DNA of 64,000 nt, from NCBI GenBank assembly GCA_036375075.1, contig DASUSN010000052.1, forward strand, positions 26,195-90,194, read 5' to 3'. This stretch comes from Thermoanaerobaculia bacterium. Lineage in GTDB: Bacteria; Acidobacteriota; Thermoanaerobaculia; Gp7-AA8. The number at the start of each line of letters is the position of its first letter. Position 1 is the stretch's first letter. A program made the position numbers and the translations under genes. Of the stretch, positions 57,749 through 64,000 are shown one piece after another. The notes beneath the pieces are model-generated. The model was not told the origin of the DNA. It searched no databases and worked only from the letters and a program-made list of their open reading frames with translations.

Positions 57749-59100
57749 CGCCCTCCGTCCTCGCGGCCGACGATCAGCCGCAGATCCTCTCCGCATTGCG
57801 CCTCCTGCTGCGCAGCGAAGGTTTCGACATCGAGACCGTCTCCTCGCCCGCGGCCGTCTATCGCGCCGTCGAGGCGAAGACATTCGACGCCGTCCTCATC
57901 GACCTCAACTACGCGCGCGACACGACCAGCGGCGCCGAGGGGTTGGAGTTGCTCGAGCGGCTGCACGCGTACGACGAGCTGCTGCCCGTCGTGGTCATGA
58001 CCGCCTGGGGCTCCGTCGACCTCGCCGTCGCCGCGATGCGCGCCGGCGCGCGCGACTTCGTGCAGAAGCCGTGGGAGAACGAGAAGCTCCTGGCCACGCT
58101 GCGGACGCAGATCGAGCTGGGGCGCGCGCTCCGCAAGGGACAGCGCCTCGAAGCGGAGAACCGCCTCCTGCGCGGCGAGGACAAGCGCCCCACGCTGATC
58201 GCCGAGTCGCGCGCCATGCGTCCCGTCCTGGAGATGATCGAGCGCATCGGCCCCTCGGACGCCAGCGTCCTGATCACCGGCGAGAACGGCACGGGCAAGG
58301 GCGTCGTCGCGCGCGCGCTGCATGCCGTGTCGCGGCGCTCGCCGCGCGCGCTGGTCTCCGTGAACGTCGGGGGGCTGCCCGAGTCGCTCTTCGAGAGCGA
58401 GCTGTTCGGGCACGTGAAGGGCGCGTTCACCGACGCGAAGGCCGACCGCGTCGGCCGCTTCGAGCTCGCCGACGGCGGCACGCTGTTCCTCGACGAGATC
58501 GCGAACGTGCCCCTCGCGCAGCAGGCCAAGCTCCTGCGCGTGCTGGAGACCGGCGAGTTCGAGCGCGTCGGCTCGTCGCGGACCCGGAAGGCGGACGTAC
58601 GGCTGCTCTCCGCGACGAACGCCCGGCTCGACGCCGAGGTCGAGGCGGGGAGGTTCCGCCAGGACCTGTACTTCCGGCTGCGCACCGTCGAAATCACCAT
58701 CCCGCCGCTGCGCGATCGCCGCGACGACATCCCCACGCTCGCCAGCCACTTCCTCGGCATCCACGCCACGCGCTACCGCAAGCACGTCAGCGGCTTCGAG
58801 GAGTCGGCCATGAAGACCCTGCTCTCTCACGACTGGCCCGGGAACGTGCGCGAGCTGGATCACGCCATCGAAGGCGCCGTGCTGATGACCACCGGCACCG
58901 CCATCCGCGCCGCCGACCTCGGCCTCGCCTCCTCCGCTGGCAAGACCCCGCGCATCGAGGACATGAGCATCGAGGAAGTCGAGCAGCTCCTGATCCAGAA
59001 GGCCCTGGCGCGCTACGGCGGCAACGTCAGCCGTGCGGCCGAGGCGCTGGGGTTGTCGCGGAGCGCGTTGTATCGTCGCATCCAGCGATACGGCCTGTGA
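57745..59100 (+). CDS. Sigma-54-dependent response regulator (NtrC family)
   Basis: Receiver domain (DAVLIDLNY), AAA+ [17 protein letters not shown] loop, [10 protein letters not shown]-terminal Fis-type [28 protein letters not shown] overlap with the NBD stop; GTG 57733 is an alternative start. Confidence 0.88.
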   Translation: MTPSVLAADDQPQILSALRLLLRSEGFDIETVSSPAAVYRAVEAKTFDAVLIDLNYARDTTSGAEGLELLERLHAYDELLPVVVMTAWGSVDLAVAAMRAGARDFVQKPWENEKLLATLRTQIELGRALRKGQRLEAENRLLRGEDKRPTLIAESRAMRPVLEMIERIGPSDASVLITGENGTGKGVVARALHAVSRRSPRALVSVNVGGLPESLFESELFGHVKGAFTDAKADRVGRFELADGGTLFLDEIANVPLAQQAKLLRVLETGEFERVGSSRTRKADVRLLSATNARLDAEVEAGRFRQDLYFRLRTVEITIPPLRDRRDDIPTLASHFLGIHATRYRKHVSGFEESAMKTLLSHDWPGNVRELDHAIEGAVLMTTGTAIRAADLGLASSAGKTPRIEDMSIEEVEQLLIQKALARYGGNVSRAAEALGLSRSALYRRIQRYGL

Positions 59101-59108
59101 GTGGCGCC

Positions 59109-59308
59109 GAGTCGTCGAGTCTTCAAGTCGTCGAGTCTTCAAGTCGTCGAGTCTCAAAGTCTCAAAGTCGCAAAGTCGCAAAGCGGGTGACGACGCCCGG
59201 TCCCCTTTGAGACTTTGAGACTTGAGACTTGAGACTTTGCGACTCGACGACTCGACGACTCGACGACTCGGCGACTCGACGACTCGAAGACTCGAAGACT
59301 GTGAGACT
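59109..59308. repeat. Composite 200-nt micro-repeat hairpin, family F (16-nt and 8-nt units)
   Basis: Left arm: GTCGTCGAGTCTTCAA x2.5, GTCTCAAA x2, GTCGCAAA x2. A ~23-nt loop. Right arm: TTTGAGAC/TTGAGAC x4, GACTCGAC x6, GACTCGAA x2. Confidence 0.92.
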
Positions 59309-59316
59309 GTACCCCC

Positions 59317-60630
59317 ATGAGACGCCTCGAGCACCGCGTCGCCGTCGCCGCCGTCGCGTCTCTCGCGCCCATCCTGTTCGTCCTCGCGTGGATGCTCTTC
59401 GCCGAGCCGCGGTCGAGCGCCACGCGCTGGAGTGTGGCCGTGCTGGTGGTCCTCTCGTTCGCCACCCTCATCGCCGTCGTGCGCGCGCAGATCGACTACC
59501 CCCTGCGCACCCTCGCCAACCTGATCTCCGCGCTGCGCGAGGGCGACTACTCCATCTGGGCGCGCAGCTCCAGCCGGCAGGACGCGATGAGCGAGGTCAC
59601 GCGCGAGCTCAACCAGCTCACCCGCGCCCTGCGCAACCGGCGCTTCGGCGAGGTCGAGGCCGCGGCGCTCGTGCGTTCCGTCGTCGAGCACATCGACTCC
59701 GCGATCTTCGCCTTCGACGAGCGCTGGCGGCTGCGCCTCGTGAACCGCGCCGGCGAGCGCCTCCTCGCGCGGCCCGCCCAGCAGCTCTACGGCCGCACCG
59801 CCGGAGACCTCGGCGTCGAGGCCTTCCTCACCGGCGACGACACCCGCACCGCCGAAGTGGTGCTCCCCGGCGGACACGGACGCTTCCGCATCCGCCGCAC
59901 CACCTTTCGCGAGGCCGGCGTGCAGCACGTCCTGCTGTCCATGTCCGACCTCTCCCGCACCCTGCGCGAGGAAGAGCGCCAGGCCTGGCAGCGCATCCTG
60001 CGCGTGCTGTCGCACGAGCTGAACAACTCCCTCGCGCCCATCCGGTCCATCGCCGGCAGCCTCGCGTCCATCCTTTCCCGCGAGCCGCTCCCCGACGGCT
60101 GGCAGGACGACGCCCAGCACGGCCTGGAAGTCATCGGCGAGCGCTCCGCGGGACTGGTGCGCTTCCTCCAGACCTACTCCCAGCTCGCGCGCCTGCCCCA
60201 GCCCACGCTCGCGCCGATGAGCGTCGCCGAGACCGTGCGCCGCGTCGCCGGCCTGGAGACCCGCATCGCCGTCGCCATCCAGCCCGGCCCCGGCGTCACC
60301 CTCCGCGCCGACCGCGACCAGATCGAGCAACTGCTGATCAACCTCGTCCGCAACGGTGCCGACGCCGTCCTCGAGACCGGCGGCGGCGCCGTGACCCTCT
60401 CCTGGACCGCCACCCCCGACGCCGTCGAGATCACCGTCACCGACGAAGGCCCCGGCATCAGCGCCGCCACCAACCTCTTCGTCCCCTTCTTCACCACCAA
60501 AGCCGGCGGCTCCGGCATCGGGTTGACATTAGCCCGCCAGATCGCCGAAGCCCACGACGGCACCCTGACCCTCACCAACCGCCCCGAGCCCGAGCGGGGG
60601 ACGATCGCACGGTTACGCCTCCCCCGGTGA
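59317..60630 (+). CDS. Sensor histidine kinase (two TM helices, HAMP, HisKA, HATPase)
   Basis: H-box LSHELNNSLAPI, N-box LINLVRNGADA, DEGPGI, GGSGIGL. Confidence 0.88.
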   Translation: MRRLEHRVAVAAVASLAPILFVLAWMLFAEPRSSATRWSVAVLVVLSFATLIAVVRAQIDYPLRTLANLISALREGDYSIWARSSSRQDAMSEVTRELNQLTRALRNRRFGEVEAAALVRSVVEHIDSAIFAFDERWRLRLVNRAGERLLARPAQQLYGRTAGDLGVEAFLTGDDTRTAEVVLPGGHGRFRIRRTTFREAGVQHVLLSMSDLSRTLREEERQAWQRILRVLSHELNNSLAPIRSIAGSLASILSREPLPDGWQDDAQHGLEVIGERSAGLVRFLQTYSQLARLPQPTLAPMSVAETVRRVAGLETRIAVAIQPGPGVTLRADRDQIEQLLINLVRNGADAVLETGGGAVTLSWTATPDAVEITVTDEGPGISAATNLFVPFFTTKAGGSGIGLTLARQIAEAHDGTLTLTNRPEPERGTIARLRLPR

Positions 60631-60663
60631 TCTGGAGTGCGGAGGCGACCTCCGCACTCCAGA
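60631..60663. repeat. Palindromic element family A, short-loop copy
   Basis: TCTGGAGTGCGGAGG-cga-CCTCCGCACTCCAGA. Starts 1 nt after the kinase stop. Confidence 0.9.
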
Positions 60664-60674
60664 TGGGGATGCTT

Positions 60675-60775
60675 GTCATCCTGAGCCGCGTAGACGGCGA
60701 AGGACCCCGTGAGTTGTGCGCATCCCGTGCTACCGGCAGGGGATCCTTCGCCGCGCTACGCCGGCTCAGGATGAC
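60675..60775. repeat. Palindromic element family E
   Basis: GTCATCCTGAGCCGCGTAGACGGCGAAGGACCCC...GCCGCGCTACGCCGGCTCAGGATGAC. Followed by TGCGCCCTGCCCC, as at 45119. Confidence 0.9.
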
Positions 60776-60803
60776 AGCGCAATGCGCGCTTGCGCCCTGC
60801 CCC

Positions 60804-62185
<1,382 letters not shown>

Positions 62186-62189
<4 letters not shown>

Positions 62190-63376
62190 GTGCGCTTTGC
62201 CTTCGGCAGGGTGATGCGGAACGCCGCGCCCGGGGCATCGAGCAGCTCCAGGTCGCCGTCGTGGTCGAGCATGATTTTCCTGCAGATCGCCAGTCCGAGC
62301 CCCATCCCTTCGCCGACGGCGCGGGTGGTGGTGTAGGGCTGGAAGAGGCGCGGGCGGATCAAGGGATCGACGCCGGGGCCGTCGTCGGCGACATCGACGT
62401 GCAGCAGCTCGCGCTGTTCCCCGATGCGGAACGACACCCGCGTCGCTCCGGCGAGCGAGGAGTTGTTGCACAGGTTGACCAGCACCTGCCGGAACATCTC
62501 CCGGTCCAGCGAAGCCGTGCAGTCGCAGTCGGTGCGCTCGAGGGTGAGCGTCAGGCTCGGCCACGCGCCGGAGAATGTGCTGATGAACTCATCGAGCACG
62601 TCGCGCACGTCGTCCACCCGGAGCCGCGGCTGTCCGATGCGGCCGAACGACGTGAACTGCCGCGTGAACTCGCGCAGCCGGTCGAGCTCCTCGTGGATGC
62701 TCACCTGCGCCTGCGTGGCCGCGGCGGCGAGCGACGGCTCGCGCGCGGCGACGGTGTTCACGAAGTCGTCCACCTCCAGCCGCGCGGCGGTGAGCGGTGT
62801 CCGGATCTCGTGCGCGTGGCGGCGCGCGGCTTCCTGCCACGCCGCGAGGTGATCGAGGTACTGGATGCGGCGGCGGCTGCGGTCGACCTCGCGGGAGGTC
62901 GCCTCGATCATCGCCGCGATGCGGCCGACCACGTCGCGGCTGCGGTCGCCGATGACGATGTCCGTCTCGCCGCGCCCGAGGGCTTCGAGCGCGCCCTGCA
63001 CAACGGCGAGCCGTCGCTCCCGCCGCGCGCCGGAGACGATCGCCGCGACGAAGAACGCCAGCAGCACCACCGCCACGACGGCGACGAGCGCCCACTCGTA
63101 GCGCCGGGCGATCTCCTCGCGGTTCATGGCCACGATGTCCAGCTTGCGGCCGACCGCCTTGATCTCGTCGAAGCGTTTCCGGTACTCCGTGCCGCGATCG
63201 GGGTCGAGCCGCGAGAGGCGCTTCTGGTCCGCCGACGACTGCTCCAGCAGCCCCCGCACCTCGGACGCCCCGGCGAGGTTGAAGGCGATCAGCGAGACGC
63301 GGCGGATGAAGACGTAGAAGCCGGCCAGCGCGATCGCCGCCGCGAGGAGGAGGACCAGCGCGCGCCGCACCGTCAA
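62186..63376 (-). CDS. Sensor histidine kinase, second copy
   Basis: Two TM helices, H-box AHEIRTPLTAA, N-box LVNLCNNSS, DDGPGV, GMGLGL. TTG 63376 overlaps the upstream stop (TTGA). ATGA overlap with the regulator gene. Confidence 0.82.
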
Positions 63377-63999
63377 GGCGTCACCCGCACCTGCCAGCGC
63401 TGCCGGACGATGGGTCGCCGCTGGATCGACGTCCCGATGAGGAGGTCGAGCACCGAGCCGCTGGCCGTCGCGCGCGGAGTCGGCGCCGCGGACGGCGGCG
63501 CTGCCGGTTGCCGCGCCTCGCCGATGGAGCGGGTGAGCCAGCGCTGCGTCTCCTCCTGTTCTTCCGCCGAGAAGGGCAGCACGTCGATCGCGATCTGCAC
63601 GCGCTCCGTGCCCGCGGCGTTCGCGAGCAGCGGCAGCGTCGTCTCCCGCCACCACGTCTCCAGCTCCGCGAACGATGCCGCCCGCGTCTTCTGCGGCGGC
63701 ACGCCGATGCGCCGCAGCGTCACGAAGTACACCTCGTCCCATGGCTCGAAGCGGATGTCGATGCGCGCGCCGCTCGTCCGCTGGTCCTCGAGCGTGGCGA
63801 CGAGGACGAACGTCGTGGTGAGGCCGCTGCTCAGTTGCTTGCGCACCTCGGGGCCGGAGAGCAGGCCGGCGGGGAGCGTCACGGTGAGCGTCCCGCCGCG
63901 CAGGTGCGCCGCCGGCGGCGTCGCGGCGAACGCCGGCGCGAGCACGCCGGCCGCGATGGCGGCCCCCAGGACGAAGACGCGGCTCAGGCGCTTCGTCAT
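63373..63999 (-). CDS. Secreted/periplasmic protein heading the HK-regulator operon (possibly DUF4390-like)
   Basis: Signal MTKRLSRVFVLGAAIAAGVLAPAFA. 208 aa. Position upstream of an HK/sigma-54 activator pair resembles DUF4390 genes of Proteobacteria. The family call is not verified. Confidence 0.55.
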   Translation of the reverse strand: MTKRLSRVFVLGAAIAAGVLAPAFAATPPAAHLRGGTLTVTLPAGLLSGPEVRKQLSSGLTTTFVLVATLEDQRTSGARIDIRFEPWDEVYFVTLRRIGVPPQKTRAASFAELETWWRETTLPLLANAAGTERVQIAIDVLPFSAEEQEETQRWLTRSIGEARQPAAPPSAAPTPRATASGSVLDLLIGTSIQRRPIVRQRWQVRVTP

Positions 64000-64000
64000 T

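Overview
This is a GC-rich bacterial chromosomal segment with about 53 protein genes, 2 tRNAs, and no transposase, integrase, phage or cas genes. The most likely source is an Acidobacteria-type genome. This rests on three ~800-aa duplicated FtsX/MacB-type permeases (the kind called ADOP), two proteins whose N-termini look like the VWFA-related acidobacterial domain, and many intergenic palindromic repeats. No database search was possible.

Housekeeping backbone:
- secA (3' part), proC, and pgsA followed by tRNA-Lys and tRNA-Leu
- tig-clpP-clpX-lon, engB, rho, a class A PBP, mlaEFD, and ugd plus a UDP-glucuronate decarboxylase

Accessory content:
1. A decayed MntA/HepT toxin-antitoxin cassette sits between 25-nt direct repeats, just upstream of proC.
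2. A type II FAS/PKS-like lipid or polyene cluster (9.4-17.2 kb) encodes an adenylating enzyme, ACP, a FabZ-like dehydratase, KS, a Cys-less KS partner and a GT2, with two flavin-halogenase-like genes.
3. Several secreted peptidases (M28, S46, DUF885-like), plus secreted proteins that share an unnamed ~220-aa module present three times.
4. Two tandem VWA-like paralogues.
5. A 13-kb MacA/ABC/ADOP efflux-type locus with two different ATPases, three duplicated permeases, a well-spaced sigma-54 promoter and its own NtrC-type two-component pair. It converges on a second periplasmic-protein/HK/sigma-54-regulator operon.

The most unusual signal is non-coding. At least 20 repeat copies in eight sequence families fill the intergenic gaps. 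Five of these families are hairpins whose arms are tandem 7-9 nt micro-repeats. Some copies supply stop or start codons of flanking genes, and one lies in frame inside a ParA/MinD-like gene.

All product names come from motifs read in the translations. Gene starts carry an uncertainty of tens of nucleotides.
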